Shown piece by piece: positions 16,460-24,000 of a DNA stretch of 24,000 bases. Position 1 is the stretch's first letter, and every line of letters begins with the position of its first letter. The translations under genes and the position numbers were made by a program. The DNA comes from an uncultured Actinomycetota bacterium (GTDB lineage Bacteria; Actinomycetota; Actinomycetes; Propionibacteriales; Nocardioidaceae). The stretch is taken from the NCBI GenBank assembly GCA_963765905.1, contig CAVXXY010000006.1, forward strand, positions 699,630 through 723,629, written 5' to 3'. Under the pieces are notes generated by a model. It searched no databases. It was given only the letters and a program-made list of their open reading frames with translations, and had not been told where the DNA came from.

Positions 16460-17067
16460 CCAGGATCGTCGTCGTCAGCGCCGGGCTCTCGCAGCCGTCG
16501 TCGACGCGCCTGCTCGCCGACCGGCTCACCGCCGCGGCCGTCGCTCGCATCGAGTCCGCGGGCCGCCCGGTGGGGGTGGAGGTGGTCGAGCTGCGCACGC
16601 TCGCCCACGGTCTGGCCGACAACCTGCTGACCGGCTTCGCCACCGGTGACCTCGCCGCGGCCGTCGAGTCGGTCGAGGCAGCCGACGCGCTGATCGTCGT
16701 GACGCCGATCTTCTCCGCGTCGTACAGCGGTCTGTTCAAGACGTTCTTCGACGTGCTGCCGGACGACGCCCTGCAGGGGAAGCCCGTGCTCATCGCGGCC
16801 ACCGCCGGCACGGCGCGGCACAGCCTCGCGCTCGAGCACGCCCTGCGCCCGCTCTTCGCGCACCTGCACGCCGTGGTCGTTCCCACCGCGGTTTTCGCGG
16901 CGACCGAGGACTTCGGGCACGCCGGGCTCCAGGAACGCGTCGAGCGCGCGGCCAAGGAGCTCGCCGAGCTGGTGGTCGGCCGGGTCGCGGCGACTCCCGC
17001 AGCCTCGCCCCGCGCCGCCAACGGCGTCGAGTTCACCCCGTTCGACCAGCTCCTCCACGCGCGCTGA
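16456..17067 (+). CDS. NADPH-dependent FMN reductase (LLM-partnered, CE1759-type)
   Basis: ATGA overlap with the LLM gene. The N-terminus is the flavodoxin-like MTRIVVVSAGLSQPSSTRLL, followed by ADALIVVTPIFSASYSGLFKTFFD. Confidence 0.8.
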   Translation: MTRIVVVSAGLSQPSSTRLLADRLTAAAVARIESAGRPVGVEVVELRTLAHGLADNLLTGFATGDLAAAVESVEAADALIVVTPIFSASYSGLFKTFFDVLPDDALQGKPVLIAATAGTARHSLALEHALRPLFAHLHAVVVPTAVFAATEDFGHAGLQERVERAAKELAELVVGRVAATPAASPRAANGVEFTPFDQLLHAR

Positions 17068-17147
17068 GGCCACCCGGACGTGCAACTCCCCCACATCGAC
17101 GGCCGGCCCTCGGCGTGTCGCGGAGAGTTGCATGTTCTGCTGGCCTC

Positions 17148-17732
17148 ATGACCATCTCGGATCCCAAGGCGACCCTCCAGCGCTACCTGCAGTCGGCTCG
17201 TGGGGCCCTCCTGTGGAAGCTTGACGGCCTCAGCGAGTACGACGCCCGCCGGCCGATGACCCGCACCGGCACCAACCTCCTAGGGCTGGTCAAGCACGTC
17301 GCCAGCGTCGAGGCGGGCTACCTGGGCGACTGCTTCGCGCGGCCGTTCCCGCAGAAGTTCCCGTGGTTCACCGACGACGCCGAGCAGAACGCCGACATGT
17401 GGGCCACCGCCGACCAGCCGCGCGAGGAGATCATCGACCTCTACCACCGGGTCTGGGCACACTCCGACGCGACGATCGACGCGCTCTCCCTCGACGCCAC
17501 CGGCGAGGTGCCGTGGTGGCCCGAGGACCGCCGCACCGTCACGCTGCACCAGATCCTCGTGCACATCACCACCGAGACCCACCGCCATGCCGGTCACGCC
17601 GACATCGTGCGAGAGCTCATCGACGGTGCCGCGGGGCTGCGCGCCGACAACGACAACCTGGCCGAGGGCGACGAGGCGTGGTGGACGTCATACGTCGAGA
17701 AGGTGGAGCAAGCCGCCCGGGACGCCGGCTGA
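17148..17732 (+). CDS. DinB family protein (DUF664 / mycothiol-transferase-like four-helix bundle)
   Basis: Motifs are LLWKLDGLSEYDARRP, NLLGLVKHVASVEAGY and HITTETHRHAGHADIVRELIDG (His triad). I prefer the ATG at 17148 (MTISDP...) over the GTG at 17115. Confidence 0.75.
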   Translation: MTISDPKATLQRYLQSARGALLWKLDGLSEYDARRPMTRTGTNLLGLVKHVASVEAGYLGDCFARPFPQKFPWFTDDAEQNADMWATADQPREEIIDLYHRVWAHSDATIDALSLDATGEVPWWPEDRRTVTLHQILVHITTETHRHAGHADIVRELIDGAAGLRADNDNLAEGDEAWWTSYVEKVEQAARDAG

Positions 17733-17783
17733 GCTGGGCGCCGTAGCCGGGAATCCCCCAACCACCCGAGGCGTTCCACCCAC

Positions 17784-18848
17784 GTGCGAGACGTCGACGT
17801 GGTGGTGGTGGGTGCGGGTCAGGCCGGCCTGTCCGCGTCGTACCACCTGCTCCGCAAGGACGTCGACTTCGTCGTCCTCGACGCCAACGCCGGACCCGGC
17901 GGAGCCTGGCGGCATCGCTGGGAGTCGCTGCGGCTGGGCGACGCGCACCGCGTCCACGACCTGCCCGGCCTCCCGCTCGGCGACGCCGACCCGGACCTCC
18001 CGGCCAGCCAGGTGGTGGCCGACTACTACGGCCGCTTCGAGAGGGAGTACGACGTGCCGGTCGAGCGCCCCGTGAAGGTCGACAGGGTCACCAGCGTCAC
18101 CAGCGGGGTCACCAGCCACGAGCTCCTGCACGTCGAGACCGACCGGGGCACGTGGCGCGCACCGGTCCTGCTCAACGCGACCGGCACCTGGGACAAGCCG
18201 CACTGGCCGTACTACCCGGGCCGCGAGCGCTTCCGTGGTCGTCAGCTGCACACCCACGACTTCGTGTCGGCCGAGGAGCTGGCGGGCAAGCACGTCGTGG
18301 TCGTAGGCGGGGGCACGAGTGCGGTTCAGTTCCTCCTGCAGCTAGCGCCGCTCTCGACCACGACCTGGGTGACCCGCCGGCCGGTGGAGCTCACGCGTCG
18401 CGAGTTCAGCAGCGAGTGGGGCCGTGAGGTGGAGCGCCGGGTGACCGAGCGCGTGCGCCAGGGCCTCCCCGGCGGCAGCGTGGTGTCGAACACCGGGCTG
18501 CCCTGGACGCCGGCCTACCAGCGCGGCATCGACGCCGGCATCCTCGTCGCGCGCCCCATGTTCACCTCGATCGAGGAGGACGGCGTCCGCTTCGCCGACG
18601 GCTCGTTCGTGCGCGCCGACGTGATCCTCTGGGCGACCGGCTTCCGCGCCGCCCTCGACCACCTGGCTCCCCTGCACCTGCGCGAGCCGGGCGGCGGCAT
18701 CCGCATGGACGGTACGACGGTCGTCCGTGACCCTCGCGTGCAGCTGGTCGGCTACGGACCGTCGGCCTCCACCCTCGGGGCGACCCGTGCCGGCCGGCAG
18801 GCAGCGCTGAACGCGGTCCGCTATCTGGAGCAACGCGTCGCGGCATAG
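17784..18848 (+). CDS. NAD(P)/FAD-dependent oxidoreductase, class B flavin-monooxygenase-like (COG2072-type)
   Basis: 354 aa with a GTG start. It has two dinucleotide motifs (VVVVGAGQAGLSASYHL and VVVVGGGTSAVQFLLQL) and an ATGF motif (ILWATGFRAALDHL). Confidence 0.75.
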   Translation: MRDVDVVVVGAGQAGLSASYHLLRKDVDFVVLDANAGPGGAWRHRWESLRLGDAHRVHDLPGLPLGDADPDLPASQVVADYYGRFEREYDVPVERPVKVDRVTSVTSGVTSHELLHVETDRGTWRAPVLLNATGTWDKPHWPYYPGRERFRGRQLHTHDFVSAEELAGKHVVVVGGGTSAVQFLLQLAPLSTTTWVTRRPVELTRREFSSEWGREVERRVTERVRQGLPGGSVVSNTGLPWTPAYQRGIDAGILVARPMFTSIEEDGVRFADGSFVRADVILWATGFRAALDHLAPLHLREPGGGIRMDGTTVVRDPRVQLVGYGPSASTLGATRAGRQAALNAVRYLEQRVAA

Positions 18849-18857
18849 TGTGGCCGC

Positions 18858-20231
18858 ATGGCCATTGCGACGACGGACCCTCGCTCCGGCGAGGTAGTGA
18901 AGACCTACGACGAGCTCACTGACGAGCAGCTGGAGCAGAGCCTCGCGCGAGCCGCGGCAGCTGCCGAGACCTACCGCCTCACGACGCACGCCGAGCGTGC
19001 CGGCTGGCTCCGCGCCGCAGCCGACCTCCTCGACGAGCGCAACGCCGAGATCGGCGAGCTGATGACGCTCGAGATGGGCAAGACGCTCAAGGCGGCGAAA
19101 GCCGAGGCCACCAAGAGCGCGACCGCACTGCGGTTCTACGCCGACCACGGCGAGTCGTTCCTGGCCGACGAGGTTGTCGACGCGAGCACCGTGGGGGCGA
19201 GCAAGGCCTACGGCCGCTATCTGCCGATCGGCGTGGTGCTCGCGATCATGCCGTGGAACTTCCCGCTCTGGCAGGCGATGCGGTTCGCGGCCCCGGCGCT
19301 GGCCGCCGGCAACGTCGGGCTGCTCAAGCACGCGAGCAACGTGCCTGGCACCGCGCTGTTCCTCGAGCAGCTCTTCCGCGACGCGGGCTTCCCCGACGAC
19401 GTCTTCCAGACACTGCTGATCGGCTCTGCGAAGGTCGAGGCGGTGATCCAGGACGGCCGCGTCGCAGCCGCCACGCTGACCGGCTCCGAGGGTGCCGGGG
19501 TGGCGGTCGGACGCACCGCGGGCGAGGCGCTCAAGAAGGTCGTGCTCGAGCTCGGCGGCTCCGACCCGTTCGTGGTGATGCCGAGCGCCGACCTGGCCGC
19601 CAGCGCCAAGGTCGCCACCACCGCACGCTGCCAGAACAACGGACAGTCCTGCATCGCGGCCAAGCGCTTCATCGTGCACGAGGACGTGTACGACGAGTGG
19701 CTCGCGCTGTTCAAGGACGCGATGGCGGCCCTGGTCGTCGGGGACCCGATGGACGAGGGCACCGATGTCGGGCCCCTCGCGACGGAGCAGGGCCGCGAAG
19801 ATGTCGCGGCGCAGGTGAAGCAGGCTCGGTCGGACGGCGCCACGATCGTGCTCGGCGGCGAGCAGCCGGACCAGCCGGGCTGGTGGTACCCGCCCACGGT
19901 CATCGCCGACATCACCAGGGAGATGGACCTCTACCACGAGGAGGTCTTCGGTCCGGTCGCCTCGGTCTTCAAAGTCGCCTCGATCGAGGAAGCCGTGCAC
20001 CTTGCCAACGACACCCGGTTCGGTCTGGGCGCCAACGCCTGGACGACCGACCCCGACGAGCAGGAGATCTTCGTTCGCGACCTGCAGGCCGGCCAGACGT
20101 TCATCAACGGCATGACGACCTCCTACCCCGCACTCCCCTTCGGCGGCGTCAAGGCCTCGGGCCACGGCCGCGAGCTGTCGGCCGCCGGCATCCGCGAGTT
20201 CTGCAACCTGAAGACAGTCTGGGTCGCGTGA
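18858..20231 (+). CDS. NAD(P)+-dependent succinate-semialdehyde dehydrogenase, YneI/Sad-type aldehyde dehydrogenase
   Basis: 457 aa. AIMPWNFPLWQ, LLKHASNVPG, VLELGGSDPF and QNNGQSCIAAKRF (catalytic Cys) closely track E. coli YneI as I recall it. Confidence 0.85.
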   Translation: MAIATTDPRSGEVVKTYDELTDEQLEQSLARAAAAAETYRLTTHAERAGWLRAAADLLDERNAEIGELMTLEMGKTLKAAKAEATKSATALRFYADHGESFLADEVVDASTVGASKAYGRYLPIGVVLAIMPWNFPLWQAMRFAAPALAAGNVGLLKHASNVPGTALFLEQLFRDAGFPDDVFQTLLIGSAKVEAVIQDGRVAAATLTGSEGAGVAVGRTAGEALKKVVLELGGSDPFVVMPSADLAASAKVATTARCQNNGQSCIAAKRFIVHEDVYDEWLALFKDAMAALVVGDPMDEGTDVGPLATEQGREDVAAQVKQARSDGATIVLGGEQPDQPGWWYPPTVIADITREMDLYHEEVFGPVASVFKVASIEEAVHLANDTRFGLGANAWTTDPDEQEIFVRDLQAGQTFINGMTTSYPALPFGGVKASGHGRELSAAGIREFCNLKTVWVA

Positions 20232-21397
20232 GCAGCTTCGACATCGCCGACCCGCTCTCGGTCGACGAACTGCTCACCGACGAGGAGCTCGCCGTTCGCG
20301 CCAGCGTTCGCAAGCTCGCTGACGACCGCATCACGCCCTTCATCGCGGACTGGTTCGAGGCGGGCGAGATCGACGACCCCCGCGCGCTGGCTCGGGACCT
20401 CGGCTCGATCGGCCTCCTCGGCATGCACCTGGACGGCTACGGGTGCGCCGGCATGGGAGCCGTCGCCTATGGGGTGGCGTGCCAGGAGCTCGAGGCGGTC
20501 GACTCCGGCATCCGGTCCATGGTGTCGGTGCAGGGATCGCTCGCGATGTTCCCGATCTGGCGCTACGGCTCGGAGACGCAGAAGAGCCAGTGGCTGCCGC
20601 CCATGGCGACCGGCGAGGCCATCGGCTGCTTCGGGCTGACCGAGCCCGACCAGGGCTCCGACCCCGCCGGCATGCGCACCCGGGCGGTCCGTGACGGCGA
20701 CGACTGGGTGCTCGACGGGCGCAAGATGTGGATCACCAACGGGTCCATCGCCGATGTCGCAGTGGTGTGGGCGCGAGCGGACGACGGCATCCGCGGCTTC
20801 GTCGTACCGACGGACACCCCAGGGTTCTCCGCGCCGCTGATCAAGCACAAGATGTCGCTCCGAGCCTCGGTCACCAGCGAGCTCGTGCTCGACGGCGTCC
20901 GACTTCCGGCGAGCGCCGCCCTCGACGTCGTCGGCCTCAAGGGTCCGTTGTCGTGCCTGACCGAGGCCCGCTTCGGGATCATCTGGGGCGCGGTGGGAGC
21001 GGCGCGCTCGTCGTACCTTGCCGCGGTCGACTACGCCAAGACCCGTGAGCAGTTCGGCAGGCCCATCGGCGGCTTCCAGCTCACCCAGCAGAAGCTCGCC
21101 GAGATGGCGCTGGTCATCGGCAAGGCCCAGCTGCTCTCGCTGCACCTCGGGCGCCGCAAGGAGGCCCACACCCTCCTGCCCGAGCAGGTCTCGTTCGGCA
21201 AGCTGAACAACGTCCGTGACGCGCTCGACGTCTGCCGCACCGCGCGGACGATCCTCGGGGCCAACGGGATCTCGCTGGAGTACCCCGTGATCCGGCACAT
21301 GAACAACCTCGAGTCGGTGCTGACCTACGAGGGCACCGTGGAGATGCACACGCTCGTGCTCGGCCAGGCGATCACGGGGCTGGCCGCGTTCCGCTGA
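20228..21397 (+). CDS. acyl-CoA dehydrogenase, glutaryl-CoA dehydrogenase-like
   Basis: GTG at 20228 overlaps the ALDH stop as GTGA. Motifs are GCFGLTEPDQGSDPAGM and WITNG. The C-terminus TYEGTVEMHTLVLGQAITGLAAFR resembles the GCDH terminus YEGTHDIHALILGRAITG. Confidence 0.85.
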   Translation: MSSFDIADPLSVDELLTDEELAVRASVRKLADDRITPFIADWFEAGEIDDPRALARDLGSIGLLGMHLDGYGCAGMGAVAYGVACQELEAVDSGIRSMVSVQGSLAMFPIWRYGSETQKSQWLPPMATGEAIGCFGLTEPDQGSDPAGMRTRAVRDGDDWVLDGRKMWITNGSIADVAVVWARADDGIRGFVVPTDTPGFSAPLIKHKMSLRASVTSELVLDGVRLPASAALDVVGLKGPLSCLTEARFGIIWGAVGAARSSYLAAVDYAKTREQFGRPIGGFQLTQQKLAEMALVIGKAQLLSLHLGRRKEAHTLLPEQVSFGKLNNVRDALDVCRTARTILGANGISLEYPVIRHMNNLESVLTYEGTVEMHTLVLGQAITGLAAFR

Positions 21398-21510
21398 CGC
21401 GGGCCCCGCCACGACGTCATACGGACCCGAGGCCAGAGGCACCAGTCGGTATGACGTCCGGGCGAAGCCCGGTCCCGGCAGCTACAGCGGGACTTCGTAG
21501 GATCGAGCGC

Positions 21511-21903
21511 ATGGATCTGCAGGACCTGCCCAACGGCCCGTTCATCGACCACCTCGGCCTGCGCTTCACCGAGGTCAGCGGCGAGAAGGTCGTCGCCGAG
21601 TGGACCGCGGCCGAGAAGCACCACCAGCCCTACGGCATCGTCCACGGCGGGGTCTACTGCAGCATCGTGGAGACCCTGGGCAGCATCGGCTCGGCGGTCT
21701 GGTACGGCGAGCGGGGCAAGTGCGTCGGCGTCAGCAACAACACCGACTTCTTCCGCGCGGTCTCCACCGGCGAGATGGTGTCGACCGCCGTGCCGCTGCA
21801 CCAGGGCCGCTCGCAACAGGTCTGGGTCGTGGAGACCCATGACGACGAGGGTCGCCTCATCGCGCGCGGCCAGCTGCGGGTGCAGAACCTCGCGAACCGC
21901 TGA
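21511..21903 (+). CDS. PaaI-family hotdog thioesterase
   Basis: Motifs are MDLQDLPNGPFIDHLGLRF, QPYGIVHGGVYCSIVETLGS, NNTDFFRAV and the C-terminal GRLIARGQLRVQNL. I prefer the ATG at 21511 (preceded by AGGAT) over the track start at 21451. Confidence 0.8.
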   Translation: MDLQDLPNGPFIDHLGLRFTEVSGEKVVAEWTAAEKHHQPYGIVHGGVYCSIVETLGSIGSAVWYGERGKCVGVSNNTDFFRAVSTGEMVSTAVPLHQGRSQQVWVVETHDDEGRLIARGQLRVQNLANR

Positions 21904-21912
21904 CCTCGAGGC

Positions 21913-23109
21913 TCACCACGCGGCGTACGGCGGCCTCAGCCCGGCCAGCGTGCGGGTCCAGTCCAGCCGAGTGAGGATGGCGGCGCGCTGGGCCGGGGTC
22001 GCCCGATGCGTGACCCGGTCGCTGTTCGACACGGCGACGACGCCGAAACCGAAGCGGACCTTCAGCTCGGGCAGCCGGGTCGACCGCACCTCCGACGCAC
22101 AGTCGGTGGTGCGCGCGCAGCGCTCCCCCAGGTCGAGCCAGTCCTGGAGGTGCGGCTGGTCCGGGACCGTGAGCCGCACCCGAATGGCGGCGGCTCGGGT
22201 CCGCTCGGCGTCGTCCTGCTGGTCGAAGATGAAGTTGCCCATGGAGTAGACGATCGGGCGTCCCTTCCAGGACTCGGAGTTCTGGACCCAGTGCGCATGG
22301 TCGCCCAGCACGGCGTCGGCCCCGGCTTCGACCATGCTGCGGTAGAGGCTCACCTTGATGCCGGTCTCCCTGGCGACGTACTCCAGGCCGCTGTGCGGGA
22401 GCGCCAGCACCGGCACGTGCTTGGACAGCCGCCTCATCACGTCGAGGGCTGCAGGGGGCGGGATCTCGAAGACGCCGTGAAAGCCACAGAGTCCGACGGG
22501 GAGGTGTCCCGTGGTCGTGCTCCCGTCGGCGCGGGTCACCTGGGTCTTGAGACCGAGCACGGAGCAGACCCGGTCCAGCCTCTTGGGGTCCGGGTCACCG
22601 AAGAAGCCGATCCCGGCGTCCTCGAGGTGGCGGCGGGTCTCCTCGACACCGGCCCGGCCCTGGTTGCCGGTGTGGTTGTTGGCCAGCGAGAACGCCGTGA
22701 ACCACCTGCCGGCCGCTGTCAGGAACCTCGGGTCGCAGTTGAAGCTCAGCAAGCGGTCCTGCTCCGCGAGCGACAGGTGAAGGCCGGCAACCGTCGGGCA
22801 CTCCAGCCCCGAGATCCAGGCGTCGTAGCTGTCGCGGTCGAGCTCGTTCAGCCCGCTGAACGGGAAGCGGTAGCCGAGGGGGCTACGGTGCGACCACTCC
22901 TCGAGGTGCCGGCCCCAGAACGTGTTGCCGCTGACGAGGAGACGACTGCTTGCACGCGTCGGGTGAGCATCAGTGGTCGGGGTCGGGCGCGCGGCGGTGC
23001 GACCGATCGTGCGGCGTCCCACATCGCCGTCGGTCGCGTCGCACGCCACCAGGCACGCCACCAGAGTCGTCGACAGCACACCAGCAGCCACCGCCCGAAG
23101 AACCTTCAC
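21913..23109 (-). CDS. CapA-family (PGA_cap metallophosphoesterase-like) lipoprotein
   Basis: 398 aa with a GTG start. The signal peptide has an LVAC lipobox, which is duplicated. Family motifs are ANNHTGNQG, HSGLEYV, GDHAHWVQ and SMGNFIFDQ. Confidence 0.8.
   Translation of the reverse strand: MKVLRAVAAGVLSTTLVACLVACDATDGDVGRRTIGRTAARPTPTTDAHPTRASSRLLVSGNTFWGRHLEEWSHRSPLGYRFPFSGLNELDRDSYDAWISGLECPTVAGLHLSLAEQDRLLSFNCDPRFLTAAGRWFTAFSLANNHTGNQGRAGVEETRRHLEDAGIGFFGDPDPKRLDRVCSVLGLKTQVTRADGSTTTGHLPVGLCGFHGVFEIPPPAALDVMRRLSKHVPVLALPHSGLEYVARETGIKVSLYRSMVEAGADAVLGDHAHWVQNSESWKGRPIVYSMGNFIFDQQDDAERTRAAAIRVRLTVPDQPHLQDWLDLGERCARTTDCASEVRSTRLPELKVRFGFGVVAVSNSDRVTHRATPAQRAAILTRLDWTRTLAGLRPPYAAW
23041..23064. 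repeat. perfect 12-bp tandem duplication (GCACGCCACCAG x2) inside the CapA signal peptide
   Basis: Read directly from the sequence. On the coding strand it is CTGGTGGCGTGC x2, which encodes LVAC-LVAC. Confidence 0.9.
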
Positions 23110-23157
23110 AAGCTAGACACGCTTGGCGGGCCCTCGGGGTTGCGCGGCAGCTGACAG

Positions 23158-24000
23158 TTACACCCCGATCTTGTGCCAAGGCCCCCAGATCGCGAACGTC
23201 ATGCCCCGGCTGGCCTGGATGTTGACGAACAGCGTGTGCCCGTCAGGGCTGAACGTCGACCCGGCGAACTCGTCGTTCGAGCGGTCGGCTCCCGTGCTGC
23301 TGACCAGGCGGTTGAGCGCGATGTCCCAGAGCTGACCGTTCTTCGAGAGACCGCGGATGAAGTTGTCGGCGACGTTGTCCTCGCAGACAACGAGCGTGCC
23401 GCGCCGTGACGTGGTGATGTTGTCGGGAAAGTCGAGCTCCAGCGGTCCCGAGGAGTTGAAGACGCAGCGCAGCTTCTGCGACCGCGTGTCGTAGGCCCAG
23501 ACCTGGCCGGAGCCGTTGCCGAAGCCGTCGGCGATCGGCCCCAGAGACGTCTCGGCGGCGCCACCCCCCTGCGTCGAGGTGAAGTAGACGACGCCGCGGT
23601 CGTAGACCTGCCCCTCCAGCCGGGAGAAGTAGGCCGCGCCCTGGGCGCGCCCTTGGCCGCCGACGTGGTTCAGGGCCTCGTCGTTGGTCGTCGGTGCTGG
23701 CTGGCCGGGCGTGTAGGGGAACGACGGCGCCGGGTCGTCGATGTCGACCCAGTCGACCTTGTAGGTCGTGCCCGCGACCTGGGTCGCCTCGAGGTGGATG
23801 TTGGGCATGCCCTTCACGCGCAGCATCTGCAGCTGCCCGCCGTCCTCGAGCCGACCGACCTTCATCGGGTGGTGCGGCGGCCGGTAGCGGTAGAAGCCCG
23901 ACGGGAAGCCGAAGTTGTCCTCGGTGAGGTAGAGGAAGCCGTCCTTCGGGTCGAACGACACCGCCTCGTGAGCGAACCGGCCGGCGTGCGTGAGCGGCTC
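23158..24000 (-). CDS. phoX: PhoX-family alkaline phosphatase (DUF839), 5' end outside the window
   Basis: The frame stays open to nt 24000 (EPLTHAGRFAHEAVSFDPKDG...). GRFAHEA, FYRYRP, YFTSTQGG, PDNIT and FSPDGHTLFVNIQ are typical of the PhoX/DUF839 beta-propeller. The M at 23961 in the track is an internal codon. Confidence 0.8.
   Translation of the reverse strand, partial: EPLTHAGRFAHEAVSFDPKDGFLYLTEDNFGFPSGFYRYRPPHHPMKVGRLEDGGQLQMLRVKGMPNIHLEATQVAGTTYKVDWVDIDDPAPSFPYTPGQPAPTTNDEALNHVGGQGRAQGAAYFSRLEGQVYDRGVVYFTSTQGGGAAETSLGPIADGFGNGSGQVWAYDTRSQKLRCVFNSSGPLELDFPDNITTSRRGTLVVCEDNVADNFIRGLSKNGQLWDIALNRLVSSTGADRSNDEFAGSTFSPDGHTLFVNIQASRGMTFAIWGPWHKIGV

Noticed and set aside
17081-17132. Inverted repeat TGCAACTC ... 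GAGTTGCA between the FMN reductase and DinB genes.
   Set aside because: The arms are only 8 bp and the GC-rich loop is 36 nt. It could be a weak terminator but is within chance expectation, so it is not reported as a feature.
17115-17147. Longer starts for the DinB gene (GTG 17115), the PaaI thioesterase (21451) and folP (TTG 3642 or ATG 3621).
   Set aside because: The extensions add non-conserved-looking, Arg/Ser-rich residues. Better-placed internal starts with RBS-like sequences exist. This is uncertain, and the alternatives are noted in the feature evidence.
416-23154. Many long ORFs antisense to, or out of frame with, the genes called above. Examples are 416-1105(-), 3831-5480(-), 6589-7875(+), 7892-8854(-), 10671-12761(-), 12731-14221(-), 15353-16420(-), 18342-20165(-), 20123-21442(-) and 22006-23154(+).
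   Set aside because: Their translations are Arg/Pro/Gly/Ala-rich, low in complexity and lack recognisable motifs. Each lies opposite a frame with clear family signatures. Such shadow ORFs are expected at about 70% GC because stop codons are rare.
1-24000. A look for CRISPR arrays, transposases or IS elements, integrases, toxin-antitoxin pairs and known defence-system genes.
   Set aside because: I found no direct-repeat/spacer periodicity, no terminal inverted repeats flanking an ORF, and no translations with transposase, recombinase, nuclease or ATPase defence signatures.

Overview
High-GC (roughly 70%) actinobacterial chromosomal window; the genus cannot be determined from the sequence. I see no mobile elements, CRISPR arrays or rRNA. 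Gene order is as follows. (1) A translation-related locus on the minus strand holds rpmG (partial), tRNA-Met and tRNA-Thr. (2) A thioesterase faces a minus-strand operon of a FolP2-type dihydropteroate-synthase paralogue, a LigB-like protein and an AlaX-like protein. (3) A 4-TM membrane protein is translationally coupled to a multicopper oxidase. (4) An orphan DUF4118 membrane protein lies downstream of a FAD flavoprotein. (5) The main item is a five-gene NRPS-independent (NIS) hydroxamate siderophore operon at 7910-15267. A near-consensus IdeR/DtxR iron box sits 14 nt upstream of it. The genes are a PLP decarboxylase, an N-hydroxylating flavin monooxygenase, a fused acyltransferase::IucA/IucC synthetase, a signal-peptide-less penicillin-acylase-family Ntn hydrolase and a second stand-alone acyltransferase. 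All four gene junctions overlap. (6) An LLM monooxygenase and FMN reductase pair follows. (7) Next come a DinB protein, an FMO-like flavoprotein, a YneI-type succinate-semialdehyde dehydrogenase, a glutaryl-CoA-dehydrogenase-like ACAD and a PaaI thioesterase. (8) The window ends with a CapA-family lipoprotein and a partial PhoX phosphatase. The best candidate for something undescribed is the acylase plus extra acyltransferase embedded in the dfoJAC/bibABC-like siderophore operon. All functional calls come from motifs recognised by eye in the supplied translations. No database search was run.
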